Shown here piece after piece: positions 22,483-34,090 of a DNA stretch of 64,000 nt (the first letter of the stretch is position 1; every line of letters starts with the position of its first letter). Both the position numbers and the translations under genes were made by a program. Source of the stretch: a virus (lineage: Duplodnaviria > Caudoviricetes). Below the pieces are notes generated by a model, which worked only from the letters and a program-made list of their open reading frames with translations, was not told where the DNA came from and searched no databases. The stretch spans positions 64,001 to 128,000 of the IMG/VR virus record IMGVR_UViG_3300031853_000001; one strand, written 5' to 3'.

Positions 22483-25400
22483 GTGATGAAAATGATTAGA
22501 TTAATTCAACGTCGTCTAATCATTCCACGCGGAGATACTGGTTCTTTTTCCATACCAGTTTTAAAAAATAGCACCGATAATATCGCAGTTTTTACTATTT
22601 TTGATGAAGTAACTCATACAAAAATGTTTCAAAAAATGGTTCCAAGTGAAGGCGATGTAATTAACATCGCCTTCACGCATAGCGATACCGTTAATTTAAA
22701 ACCGGGTAAATATGTTTGGGATATTAAATATTATAGTAATCCTGAATATATAGATGATGAACTTGTAAATGGAGAAGAAATAGATTCTTATTATGCGGGA
22801 TTTTCACTACCGGTTTGTGAAATTAGAGAAACTGCGGATAATTATTTGGTTTCGCCGGAAGCCCCAACAGCAACTTTATCTCCACAGCAGTTAGAGATAG
22901 TTACTGGCGCGATACATAGCCTAAATGAAGCAATTAGAAAAACTCAAGAAAATGTTGAACATTATCCTGAAATTAGAAATGAAGTTTGGTATGTTTGGGA
23001 CGCGGAATTAGGCGATTATGTTAGCACTAATGTGCGGGCAAATGGTATTGTTGGTAATGGTATTGCTTCCGCGGTTTTAAATAATGATTATACTTTAACT
23101 TTGAATTTTACTGATGGCACTTCTTTTACTTCTCCAAGTATTCGAGGCCAGAGAGGTAATGGAATTGAGGACATCGTTTTAAATAATGATTTTACTTTAA
23201 CTATTACTTATACTGATGGAGATAGTTATACAACTCCATCTATTAGAGGCTCAGTTGGTGCTACTCCACAATTTAGTATTGGCACAGTGCAGGATGGTGC
23301 AGTTGCCGCCGCGAGTATTACTGGAACTGCGGAAAATCCCGTATTGAATTTGACGTTACCGAACGCGAATGTGCCTACGAGAGTAAGTGAGTTGGAGAAT
23401 GATAGTGGGTATTTGACAGAGCATCAGGATTTGAGTGATTATGTACAGAAGACGGATTATGCAGATGATATTAATGCTGGTTTAATACGTGTAAATAGTA
23501 ATTATGGCCTTACGAATGTTTCTAAACAAGACGTAATTACTGGTGAATCAGTAATATATACAGCAGTTATGGAAGCGACTGCCAATAATATTAAAGAAGG
23601 AACAGATAGATATAGAATAATTTCATCAAGAAGAACCCCTAATGCTACATTTTACGGTTTAGCCAAAGCAGCCGGCGATACAACTCAAAGCCAAAGCTCT
23701 AACGCAGTCGGTACTTATACAAATGAAGCCAAAGCCGCAATTCAAACAATGTTAGATGTCCCTTCCAATGCAGACATTCCAACACAAGTTAGCGAGCTAA
23801 CAAATGATGCAGGCTATCTAACAGCAGAAACCGACCCAACTGTTCCCGCGTGGGCTAAGGCCGCACAAAAGCCTTCATACACAGCGGCGGAAGTTGGCGC
23901 GCCTACTGTTGCAGAAATGAATACTGCAATTGGAACTGCTATTGGCCAAATTAATTCTTTTGATATGGCAGTTGTTCAAACATTGCCAACGCAAGATATT
24001 AGCACACATACTATTTATTTAGTTCCTAAAACTGGGGAAACTAATGATGTATATGACGAATATGTGTATATTGATAATAAATGGGAAATGGTTGGTAATA
24101 CGCAGATTGATTTGAGTAATTATGCGACTAAGAGTGAGATACCGGATACAAGTATTTATGCTACAAAAGCAGATACTGTACTTGATACTACATTGAGTAG
24201 GGGGAGAAAAAAAGATACAACAATTGGTGAGGGTAGCTTCGCGTTTGGTAGTAATGTTGAAGCCAGTGGTGCTAATTCATTTGCTATTGGAAACTATGCG
24301 ACAGCAAAAGGAGAATCGTCATATGCAAGAGGCACTTATGCTAAAGCCTTAGGAAATAATTCATCAGCAGAAGGATCATATATACACGCACTTGCTGCTT
24401 CCTCTCATGCAGAAGGTGGCGCAAGTACCAAAACCATAAAATTTACAGGTGAAGCCAACGCAATCATATATAGTATCAATTCATTTATTCCAGTTGGTTC
24501 AATTGTCTCGAATCCATCTGCTCCTAATGGGACATGTTCACTTGTGATGCGCGTAGAACAAATAGATGATTTATGGTATGTAACATTAGATAATACACTA
24601 AATTCAGAAAGTGCATTAATAGAGCAAAGAAGAACAGTTTATATTGGTGGTGCATTAGAAACCTATTCTCACACCGAAGGTTCGAATTCAATTGCTATTG
24701 GACCAATGCAACATGTTGAGGGAAAAAATAATTACGCAGATATAAATTATGCGCATATTGTTGGTAATGGTTTTACCAGCACTCAACGTTCCAATGCCTA
24801 CGCTCTCGATTGGGACGGTAATGGACACTATGCTGGCGACGTCTATGTTCACGCAAACACAGATTCTAGTGGCGGTACAAAGTTAGCCACAATTGAGGAT
24901 ATACCAGAAGTGCCTGTTACTGATGTTCAAGTTGCTGGTGTGAGCGTACTGAGTGATGGAGTAGCGAATGTGCCGGTGGCGAGCAATAATAACGTCGGCG
25001 TGGTTAAAACGTCTAATCAATATGGTATAGCTAATAATCCTGAAAACGGTTTACTTTTTGTTACAAGCTCGACAAGCCCTTTGGTCAAGGCAGGTACTGA
25101 TGACTATAATCCAATTTCTCCGAAAAAACAGCACGAATCCACCTTCTACGGCCTATCTAAAGTCGCAGGCGTAGACCTAGCAAACGAGACAGTTACTCTT
25201 GGCACCTACCCTGAAACATCTAAAACCGCAATTCGTTCAATGATAGGTGCGGCCAGTACTAATGTAATTGCAGTTCAGGATACTCAACCAACTGATACTG
25301 ATACAAAAATTTGGTTGCCTGAAACTGCGGAAACACCTGTTCAAGTGCCTACTGTTGAAGAAATGAATACGGCATTGAGTGAGAAGGTTGATGATGTGCA

Positions 25401-26385
25401 AGTTAATGGGGTTAGTGTGGTAAGTAATGGGGTGGCAAATGTGCCAGTGGCAACAGTTATAAATTTAGGTGTTGTTAAATCAAGTGCCACTGAAGGCATA
25501 GTTATAGATGCGTCTGGTGTTTTAAAGATTTCCACGCCATCATCAAGTGATTATAAGGCATTGTCAAATAAGAAAGCAATTATTCTTAACGCTGCACATC
25601 ATGCAGTATTTTATGCACTTGCCAAGGCCGCTGGCGACACCACACAGTCTGCGTCCTCAAACCCTGTCGGAACTTATACGGACGATGCCAAGGCGGCCAT
25701 TCAGCAGATGCTGGATGTGCCGTCCAATGACGATATACCTGACGTGCCCGTGCAGGATGTACAGGTCAACGGCGTCTCCGTGTTGGATGCGCAGGGTGTG
25801 GCGAATGTTCCTGTGGCGACATCAAACGGTAATTATGGAGCTGTCAGAATAGATACAAATTATGGAATAGCTAGTTATAATAATAACGGCACACTTATGG
25901 TTGTGCCGTCTAATAGCGAACAGATTAAAACAGGCACTAATGGGTTTCGACCAATCGTAGCTACACGACAGCACGAATCCACCTTCTACGGCTTAGCTAA
26001 GGCTGCTGGTGATATTACCCAATCCGCATCTTCCAATGCAGTTGGCGTCTACACCGACAATGCTAAAGCATCCATTAAATCCATGCTCGGTATTCAAGAT
26101 GGCTCAACTGGCACCGTAGACATTACCGGCGCGACACCTACAATTAACGCAGTTGAAAATACACGTTACGTCTGCGGCGAAGTAACATCGCTATCCTTTA
26201 CTCCTCCTTCAAGCGGCATCAGTATTGTTCGCTTTACATCTGGCAGTACAGTAACAGTACTTACAATTCCGAGTACAGTAAAGTTCCCAGAGTGGTTTGA
26301 TCCAACCGCGCTTGAAACTAATACGATATATGAAATTTGCGTTACGGACGGTACGTTCGGGGCGGTGATGTCATGGGCACTGTAA
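22483..26385 (+). CDS. tail fibre / baseplate-associated protein with internal repeats
   Basis: N-terminal RGDTGSF...PGKYVWDI, YadA-like SFAFG/SHAEG repeats, repeated DVQVxGVSV..GVANVPVA and FYGLAKAAGD modules. Confidence 0.75.
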   Translation: MMKMIRLIQRRLIIPRGDTGSFSIPVLKNSTDNIAVFTIFDEVTHTKMFQKMVPSEGDVINIAFTHSDTVNLKPGKYVWDIKYYSNPEYIDDELVNGEEIDSYYAGFSLPVCEIRETADNYLVSPEAPTATLSPQQLEIVTGAIHSLNEAIRKTQENVEHYPEIRNEVWYVWDAELGDYVSTNVRANGIVGNGIASAVLNNDYTLTLNFTDGTSFTSPSIRGQRGNGIEDIVLNNDFTLTITYTDGDSYTTPSIRGSVGATPQFSIGTVQDGAVAAASITGTAENPVLNLTLPNANVPTRVSELENDSGYLTEHQDLSDYVQKTDYADDINAGLIRVNSNYGLTNVSKQDVITGESVIYTAVMEATANNIKEGTDRYRIISSRRTPNATFYGLAKAAGDTTQSQSSNAVGTYTNEAKAAIQTMLDVPSNADIPTQVSELTNDAGYLTAETDPTVPAWAKAAQKPSYTAAEVGAPTVAEMNTAIGTAIGQINSFDMAVVQTLPTQDISTHTIYLVPKTGETNDVYDEYVYIDNKWEMVGNTQIDLSNYATKSEIPDTSIYATKADTVLDTTLSRGRKKDTTIGEGSFAFGSNVEASGANSFAIGNYATAKGESSYARGTYAKALGNNSSAEGSYIHALAASSHAEGGASTKTIKFTGEANAIIYSINSFIPVGSIVSNPSAPNGTCSLVMRVEQIDDLWYVTLDNTLNSESALIEQRRTVYIGGALETYSHTEGSNSIAIGPMQHVEGKNNYADINYAHIVGNGFTSTQRSNAYALDWDGNGHYAGDVYVHANTDSSGGTKLATIEDIPEVPVTDVQVAGVSVLSDGVANVPVASNNNVGVVKTSNQYGIANNPENGLLFVTSSTSPLVKAGTDDYNPISPKKQHESTFYGLSKVAGVDLANETVTLGTYPETSKTAIRSMIGAASTNVIAVQDTQPTDTDTKIWLPETAETPVQVPTVEEMNTALSEKVDDVQVNGVSVVSNGVANVPVATVINLGVVKSSATEGIVIDASGVLKISTPSSSDYKALSNKKAIILNAAHHAVFYALAKAAGDTTQSASSNPVGTYTDDAKAAIQQMLDVPSNDDIPDVPVQDVQVNGVSVLDAQGVANVPVATSNGNYGAVRIDTNYGIASYNNNGTLMVVPSNSEQIKTGTNGFRPIVATRQHESTFYGLAKAAGDITQSASSNAVGVYTDNAKASIKSMLGIQDGSTGTVDITGATPTINAVENTRYVCGEVTSLSFTPPSSGISIVRFTSGSTVTVLTIPSTVKFPEWFDPTALETNTIYEICVTDGTFGAVMSWAL

Positions 26386-28958
26386 AATATACAGGGCCTA
26401 TGGCATCATTCCATTGCCCTACTAATGCGGAAATTAGAAGTTTGAAGGTTCATTTTAGCCCGAAGCAGTTAGGTAGCGGAGATCCTAGTCCGGAGAATGT
26501 AAGACCGATTGTTGGATGGGATGAGGTGGAAGTCAAGACAGCAGGAAAAAATATAGCGGTTTTACCTATTCCTGCTCATGGATTTGAAACAGGAACGTCT
26601 ATATATAGTGATAGACCCAATGGAACATTTGAAAATCTTCAAAACGGTTTTCGCGCGCAGCCTCCGAGTCAATCTACTGGTGTTTATGCTTTATTTGGAT
26701 ATGTATTTGCTGGAATAACTTATACTATATCATTTAATTCCACTTTTGATTTTAGTAGAATACGTATAGAAGTTAGAGATAATGATAGTTTCAATGAAAC
26801 GGCGACAACAGAAGGAGACGGGAGAAGTTTTTCTACGGGTTGGAAAACATATAATAGTTTTCCGTATACTTTTACGCCAAGCAACAACGGTTATTTATGG
26901 GGCTGTTTCCATCAGAATACAAATCCCACATCAGCTTTTATAGTATCTGATATTCAATTAGAACTCGCTTCTTCTGCACCCTATTATGAGCCCTACCAAG
27001 GTTCCACAACAAATTATGAGTTTGGGGTGTTGGGGAAGAATAAGCTTAATGTTAATGGTTATACTCAGCTTCATTCTGTTTCACTTAACAATAATTATTT
27101 AACAAATACTAATACAGATACTCGTGATAATTTTCAATTGTCCGTGGATGGCTATAATGGTTCAACCAGGTTGGGGCAATTGTTCGGACAAATCAATATA
27201 CCAACCGGTGCTTATTCTAATACCTTTGTACTATCAAACACATATGAAAATATGAATTTAATATACATCAAGCATAATGGAATTACACGCGACATTGGTA
27301 TTAGAATTCCAGTAGACCTCGTTGTCGGACAAACGTATACCATAAGTATGGATGTAACTGGAAACGATCCGACTACAGTTGGCGGCTTATCATTCGGAAA
27401 CATCCAACTCGAACTCGGCTCAACCGCAACAGAATACGAATCCTATGACCCAAATCATACGGTGTATGGTGGGTGGGTTGATTTGATTACGGGGGAAGTT
27501 TGTGAAGAATGGAAATCTATTGCATTAGAATCTTTAAATTGGAGTGGAAGCAGCACTAGGGCCAGGGCTTCTAATTCTATAGACTTGGAAATTCCCAGTT
27601 ATACTGTTGCACCTGATTTTATAGCGGAAAAATATTACGCTGCATCATATTCTACAAATTTGACTAATTATCCATCAGCTATAGCTTTGGGTAGCGGAGG
27701 ATTTATCTGTTATTATGACGGAAAAACTTTGCCTAGCGATAAGATGGTTTATAAGTTGTCAGAGCCAATTATATATAATCTCGCACCCACCCAACTCCAA
27801 ACCTTCCTAGGCCAAAACAACGTCTGGTCTAACGCCGATTATGTTGAAGTCGAATACGACTTGCACGAAACGCAAGATATTCTCGCACGTAAGCAATTCA
27901 TTATTGCAAACCAACCCCACATTATTAAACCCGCGGCCGCGCCTTTACAAAACTTCGTAACGGATGTGGTGGCGCCGTTGAAGGAATGTAAGGTGTATTT
28001 TAGTCCGGTGCAGGAAGGAGAAGGTGACCCGAGTCCGGAGAATGTCAGGGCGATTAGTGGATGGACGGGAGTGGAAATATATAGGACTGGAAAGAATATG
28101 TTGGATACGGCTACGAGTGACGAAATCATTGAAAACTGGCCTCTGGTAAGACCAGCATATCAAAAGAGTATCGAGAAACTTCCAACAAATCTTGATTTTA
28201 CGTTACAAGCCAATGTTACGAAAGATTTGGGACAAAATATATCAAATTGCAGACTTTATATGAATGGCGCTTTAATCAGTGGCAAGTTCATAAATACTGC
28301 AACGCCTCTCGGAGTTCACACCGTAACCAATAAACCGGATGCCGATGGTGCATTTACAATTTCTCATAATTATTTAGGTTTTGATAGTTACGGCGCAACA
28401 TTTAACAACATGCAACTTGAACTTGGCACTACCGCCACCGATTACGAACCCTACTCAGGCACAACCCTCCCAATCGACTGGACAACCGAAGCAGGAACGA
28501 TTTATGGTGGGTATGTTGATTTGGTGACGGGGGAAGTTTGGAAAGCTTGGGACATTATTGATCTTGGGACTTGTACTTGGGTACAATATAATAATAATCC
28601 TTCTATATTTTATACACGTAATTTAAATAATTTAAAAGAACATTCTGACCAATATACTGTATTATGTACAGCTTATCCATATGAGCAACAAAAATATGTT
28701 ACAGCCACGAATGATAAAACTATAAATGATTCGCAACAATTAAATTTGGGTAATGTTGCAATTCGTGACACTAATTATACTAATTCTACTCCTGCAGAAT
28801 TTAAAGAAGCAATGAATGGAATTATATGTGCTTATAAACTTGCTACGCCGATTCTTATTACTACTCTCACTCCCACCCAACTCAAAACCCTCCGCGGCAC
28901 CAACAACATCTGGTCATCAGCAAGCGGAGACATCCAAGTAAAATACTGGTCACACTAA
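26373..28958 (+). CDS. tail fibre/receptor-binding protein with tandem CBM-like modules
   Basis: 2x FSPxQxGxGDPSPENVR, 3x QLELGxxATxYExY, GKN motifs. Confidence 0.7.
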   Translation: MGTVKYTGPMASFHCPTNAEIRSLKVHFSPKQLGSGDPSPENVRPIVGWDEVEVKTAGKNIAVLPIPAHGFETGTSIYSDRPNGTFENLQNGFRAQPPSQSTGVYALFGYVFAGITYTISFNSTFDFSRIRIEVRDNDSFNETATTEGDGRSFSTGWKTYNSFPYTFTPSNNGYLWGCFHQNTNPTSAFIVSDIQLELASSAPYYEPYQGSTTNYEFGVLGKNKLNVNGYTQLHSVSLNNNYLTNTNTDTRDNFQLSVDGYNGSTRLGQLFGQINIPTGAYSNTFVLSNTYENMNLIYIKHNGITRDIGIRIPVDLVVGQTYTISMDVTGNDPTTVGGLSFGNIQLELGSTATEYESYDPNHTVYGGWVDLITGEVCEEWKSIALESLNWSGSSTRARASNSIDLEIPSYTVAPDFIAEKYYAASYSTNLTNYPSAIALGSGGFICYYDGKTLPSDKMVYKLSEPIIYNLAPTQLQTFLGQNNVWSNADYVEVEYDLHETQDILARKQFIIANQPHIIKPAAAPLQNFVTDVVAPLKECKVYFSPVQEGEGDPSPENVRAISGWTGVEIYRTGKNMLDTATSDEIIENWPLVRPAYQKSIEKLPTNLDFTLQANVTKDLGQNISNCRLYMNGALISGKFINTATPLGVHTVTNKPDADGAFTISHNYLGFDSYGATFNNMQLELGTTATDYEPYSGTTLPIDWTTEAGTIYGGYVDLVTGEVWKAWDIIDLGTCTWVQYNNNPSIFYTRNLNNLKEHSDQYTVLCTAYPYEQQKYVTATNDKTINDSQQLNLGNVAIRDTNYTNSTPAEFKEAMNGIICAYKLATPILITTLTPTQLKTLRGTNNIWSSASGDIQVKYWSH

Positions 28959-28973
28959 AAGGAGGTGGCATAA

Positions 28974-30789
28974 ATGCCAGTAACAATTTACCCAACAACT
29001 TTAAAATATAAAACAACCAACGGCACTTTTGAAAGCGCCACCGCCATTAAAGGTGATAGCGGTGCAGCAATCACAGTTCAAGTAGAAGGTAGCACACCAA
29101 CTATTGTGTGTGAAGATAACCATAGATATATTTGTGGGGAAGTTTTGAGTTTAAATATTACACTTCCCGATAGTGGTATTGTAGATGTAGTGTTTGAGTC
29201 TGGTAGTACCCCGACTGTGCTGACCGTCACCCCGCCGACAGGGCAGACGGTCAAGTGGGCGAATGGGTTTGACTCGACGAGCTTGGAGGCCGATACAACA
29301 TATGAAATCAACATAATGGATGGTCTGGGGGTGGCTGGAATATGGAATTGATGGACATTAGAAGAAGATTGATGATGGGAATGGGTGAAAATATTGCAAA
29401 CGCACTACGCAGATTAAATATAGCTTATAATTTGACGTTTGAACCAGGTTATGTTGCCAGCAACGGTAATATAAGTCCTGCTTCGGGCACAAACAAAGAA
29501 GTTGTTTCTGATTACATCGAAAATCGTTTTTTAACGGATGAAAGATATATTACTGTTGTCGAATATGTCGGGAACACCACAGGGGTATCTACTGGTGGTT
29601 GGATGGGAATTGGTACGTATGATGATGCAAAAGTATTTAGAAATCGAACCGGGCCATCGGCAGTATTAAATATTCAAATTGGCGAAAATGGATATACGAT
29701 ATTCAATCCTTTTACTCTAACTTACAGCGATGGGTATTGCCGCATATCTTATCGATCTTATGGAAAATCGAATATTTACATTATACCAGCTATCCGATTG
29801 ATGACTGAGGTGTTTAATCCAAATAATATAAGCGGATACACAATATAAAAAGAATAATACTATGTTTAGACAGATTTATATTGTTACTGCTTTTCAAATC
29901 GTAGCCTCTAACACTCACTCGAAGAGTATATAAATTTTTTCTTCTCTTACAAATATAAATATTTTTTCTATTATAAACCCACCTCTATAAAGAATCAATA
30001 TAGTCTTTTTAAAGGCTATAAAAAAGGAGGAAATCATTATGAATCAATATTATATCATAGAAATCCAACAATACGCAAATGGCGAATATGGCCATCAAGT
30101 CCACTTCGCTTATGATGAAGACGCTTCTAAGGCTCGCCTTAAAGCCGAATCCAAATACCACGAAGTTCTCGCGGCAGCCGCTATTTCTGAACTTCAATCC
30201 CACGCCGCCACTCTCTTAACCGCAGATGGCCGCGTAATTATGAACCAATGCTATAAACACACAATTGCTACTCCTGAACCAGAGCAAGAAGTGATTGAAG
30301 ATGAACCAGAAGCTTGATTGGAATTATGAACGTTATCGTACTCGGGATTTACTTCTCGAGTACGATAAAGCAATTATGCCGCCACGCCCTCGCGTGGCTG
30401 GCCTTAGTAATATATATAGTTGGGGCTCTACAATTCCATCAGATGCAGATACTTTAGATTTTCCAATCCCACATCAAAAAGATGTTTCAATTATATATCC
30501 TTGGGAAAATTTACCTATATCAGTATTAACACGGCAATTATACACCATAGCCGAAAAAAGTGGTTTTAGTGGAACAGAGAAAGATTTTGAAGAAAGTTTT
30601 GGAACTTTCTTACAAAATAAACAAATTATCTATGCCAATTACATTGATTTCCCAGTAGTAGGAGAATTAGATAAATTGTATTTTGATTTAGAAGAAAAAA
30701 TCTTATATTACTGGGACCAAGACTACTATCCAATTAACGCTTTGTTAATTGAAAATACTATTCTTGACAATGGAAATGCAGAGGAATAA
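28974..30789 (+). other. four small structural-module CDSs (28974-29351, 29342-29848, 30039-30317, 30295-30789)
   Basis: 28974-29351 repeats the C-terminus of 22483-26385 (N.RY.CGEV.SL...P.SGI..V.F.SGST.TVLT). Confidence 0.6.
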
Positions 30790-30932
30790 GGTGATTTTAT
30801 GGAAGAAATTATTATTTACGAAGAAGAGTTAGAAATTCCCGAAGATTGGGTTTCAAATACAATTTTAGAAAGAGACGGAAAAGGAAATATTATAGAACTT
30901 TTAATACCTGATGATATAGAGGAGGAATAAAT

Positions 30933-33519
30933 ATGTTAGCTACTATTAAATTAGAGAGCAAAGGAGATTTAGTTAAAGTCGCTCAATATTTAATTGGATA
31001 TGCCGAAAGAAAACAAGCAACAAGTATTTATGACCAACTCTTTGCTAATGCTGTTGTAGAATGGCAATCTCGACATAGTTTAGTTACTGATGGTATTATT
31101 GGGGCAAAAAGTTGGGAAATTCTCGCGGCCGAAACACCAACTTGTTCTACTAGTAAAAACAGAACAAGTGCTTATACATGTGCTATTCAATTATTAATAG
31201 GTGGTCTTACAGTAGATGGTGTTTATGGTACAAACACTAAAAAGGCAATTGCCGCATTCCAAAGTGCTTCTGGCTTAAAAGCGGACGGTATTTGCGGCCC
31301 AAAAACTTGGGCGGCTTTAATTACTGGAAATTCTAATGCTACTCCCGTGGGCGCAAGCCAAACTACTAATGGTAAGATATTAAATAATTGCGTAAAATTC
31401 TTACAATGGGATAGTAAGTGGAAAAATGTTAAATATTCTACTCATACTTCTTCTCAAACTATTGGTAATTCAGGATGCGGCCCAACTTCTATGGCAATGA
31501 TACTTGCTACTTGGGAAAATAGTAAAATTACTCCTGTTGAATGCTGTGAAGAAGCCCTTAAAAATGGTTATAGAACTTATAACAGTGGAACAGCTTGGGG
31601 TTATTTTAAATATGTTTTCAAAAATCACGAATGTTTTTCAAAATATGTTGAAACAAGTAGTGTTTCCACTCTTACCGCCGCATTGCGAGAAGGGGCTCTT
31701 GCGGTTTGTAGTATGAATTCAAACGATAATCATTTTTGGACAAGTAGTGGTTGTGTATAAAATGGCCTCTACTATAAAACACACGGTGAACCTGTAAATG
31801 CAGGGTGTCGCATAAGCGGCTAACGGTGAAACCTAAGTCTGAAAAGATATGGCAATACCGTGCCAAGCCTTAATTACAAGGAAGGTGTAAAGACTATTCC
31901 GTAAGGAAGTACACGACTGGTGAAATTCCAGCGTGGAAGTGCCGTGCTTTATTTTAACACAACTTTTAAGGAGAAAAAAAATATGGGAAGAAAATATATA
32001 GATTATACGGGGAAAATAATAAATAATGTTTACATTAAAGAAGTAGACCAAAATAGCGGTGGAGCAGGAAAACATAAGAGATGGATTTGTATTTGCCCTT
32101 ATTGTAAAAAAGAATTTTCTGCCCAATCTAATCATATTAAAGATAAAATTTTATATTCTTGTAAAGATTGTCGAAATAGATATGGTTTTAATGATTTATC
32201 TGGACAAACTTTTGGTCTATTATATGTAAAAGAACGAATATACGAACTTAAAAATGGAACTAAATATTTGTGTAATTGTAAATGTGGGAAAACTTGTATT
32301 GTAGACGGGAGATATTTGACATATGGCTCTATAAAAAGTTGTGGTTGTTTAAAGTCTTCTTATGAAATTTTAATTAAAAATATTCTTACTAAAAATAAAA
32401 TTGCTTTTGAAAAAGAAAAAACTTTTGATAATTGTAAAGATATTAATGCTTTGCGATTTGATTTTTATATTCCTCAATTAAATCTCTTAATAGAGATGCA
32501 AGGAGAACAGCATTTCAAAGCAGTTTCTTTCTGGGGAGGAGAAGAAGGGTTAAAGAAAAGACAACAACATGATGAATTAAAAAGGCAGTTTTGTAAGAAT
32601 AATAATTATAAACTTCTTGAAATTAAATATAATGAAGATATTGAACAAAAAATAAATGAAGAGATAGTCTGGCCGCTGCGAAAGCAGACGGATTAAGCAT
32701 TTTATTGTCGCACGTGGATGCGATGACACTTATATTTACGCTAATGACCCAAATAAGAGTGAAACTCCACGTAAACAGGCCGCGAATAAATTCCAGTCTT
32801 GTATGAAGCAAGCTTTTATTTTCTGGCCAATTATAAAAAAAAATGAGCCAACCCCAATTAAAAATGAACCTACCACAGTAACTAAAAATGAAAACTGGTT
32901 TGATATAAATCCAGAGGGTAAAATTATTGATATTTCTAAGTGGCAAGGAAACATTAACTTTGAGAAATTAAAAAAAGAAGTTGGATTAGTAATTGTCCGC
33001 GCTTCTTGTGGTTCCGATAAAGATATTAAATTTGATGAATACGCGCAAGCAATGATTAAAAATAGAATTCCTTTTGGAGTATATTGTTATTCTTATGCAG
33101 GCACAATAGAAAAAGCGAAGGACGAAGCTAAGAAATTAGTAGTTTATTCTGGAAATTATCCTTTATTTTATATAATGGACGCTGAAGAACAAAAAATTAC
33201 TACTGAAGCTATTAAAGCTTTTGCGCAAGAACTTCGCGCGAATACAAATAAGAAAATTGGGTGTTATGTAGCCCATCATAGATATAATCAATATAAATAT
33301 TCTACTCTACGAGATTTATTTGACATTACTTGGATACCTTGTTATGGCTCTAATAACGGAACAATAGCTGGTTCAAAAAAACCATCTTACGAATGTGATT
33401 TATGGCAATATACCAGCACAGGCAAGATTTCCGGAATTAATGGCAATGTAGATATGAATATTACTATGAAAGAAAATAGAGATTTAAAATGGTTTTTAAC
33501 CAATGAGATAATTGGCTGA
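30933..33519 (+). CDS. intron-split endolysin: 2x PG-binding + C39-like peptidase + GH25 muramidase; exons 30933-31751 and 32698-33519 (546 aa spliced)
   Basis: DGIIGAKSW/DGICGPKTW, GCGPTSMAM; splicing joins WTSSG to HFIVARG..NDP in frame with IDISKWQG...WQYTS.G...G.VD.N. Confidence 0.9.
31752..32697 (+). mobile_element. group I intron
   Basis: exon ends in U (31751); IGS aaaatggcctctact pairs agtagtggt (P1) and exon-2 catttt (P10); P7 agactat/atagtct; P9 ctgc-gaaa-gcag; omega-G at 32697. Confidence 0.92.
31983..32696 (+). CDS. intron-encoded homing endonuclease (Cys repeats + Vsr/DUF559-like)
   Basis: DLSGQTFG, CNCKCG, LRFDFYIP..LIEMQGEQH; ORF runs through P7'/P9. Confidence 0.85.
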   Translation: MGRKYIDYTGKIINNVYIKEVDQNSGGAGKHKRWICICPYCKKEFSAQSNHIKDKILYSCKDCRNRYGFNDLSGQTFGLLYVKERIYELKNGTKYLCNCKCGKTCIVDGRYLTYGSIKSCGCLKSSYEILIKNILTKNKIAFEKEKTFDNCKDINALRFDFYIPQLNLLIEMQGEQHFKAVSFWGGEEGLKKRQQHDELKRQFCKNNNYKLLEIKYNEDIEQKINEEIVWPLRKQTD

Positions 33520-33542
33520 AATGATGCCAAGTAGGTGATTTT

Positions 33543-34073
33543 ATGGCGACGAATACCATAAAAACGAGAATTCAGTTGAAAAATGATACTGAGGCTAATT
33601 GGAATAAAGCTATAAATTTTATTCCGCTAAAGGGTGAGACTATCATTTATACAGCTGATAGTACTCACCCTTTTTCTCGTTTAAAAGTTGGTGATGGTAC
33701 GACTCCTGTAATTGATTTACCCTTTATTGATTCAAATTCTGTTAATGGAATTAATATACAAGCAAAAACTTTAGAAGAATGGAATAGTAAGAAAAATTAC
33801 ATTCCTGCCGCGGGACAACTAATGGTTTATTTAAATTATAGAACAATTAAAAAAGATGAAGAAACTGAAGTTGGAGTAGCAGGATTAAAAATTGGTGATG
33901 GGAGTAGTTATTTAATTGATTTACCATTTCTAGGAGAAATGGAAGAGTCTTTTTATGAACATTTAACTAATACCACTATTCACATTACTGAAAAAGAAAG
34001 ACAATTTTGGAATAATAAAATAAACTGTGAAGACTTCATTACGGAAGAAACTTTATTTTTAAACCGTAATTAA
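33543..34073 (+). CDS. tail protein with Mtd/hyaluronidase-N-like repeats
   Basis: RIQLKNDTEANW...PLKGE...LKVGDG; second copy LKIGDG..DLPF. Confidence 0.7.
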   Translation: MATNTIKTRIQLKNDTEANWNKAINFIPLKGETIIYTADSTHPFSRLKVGDGTTPVIDLPFIDSNSVNGINIQAKTLEEWNSKKNYIPAAGQLMVYLNYRTIKKDEETEVGVAGLKIGDGSSYLIDLPFLGEMEESFYEHLTNTTIHITEKERQFWNNKINCEDFITEETLFLNRN

Positions 34074-34090
34074 AAAAGGAAGGGATTATT

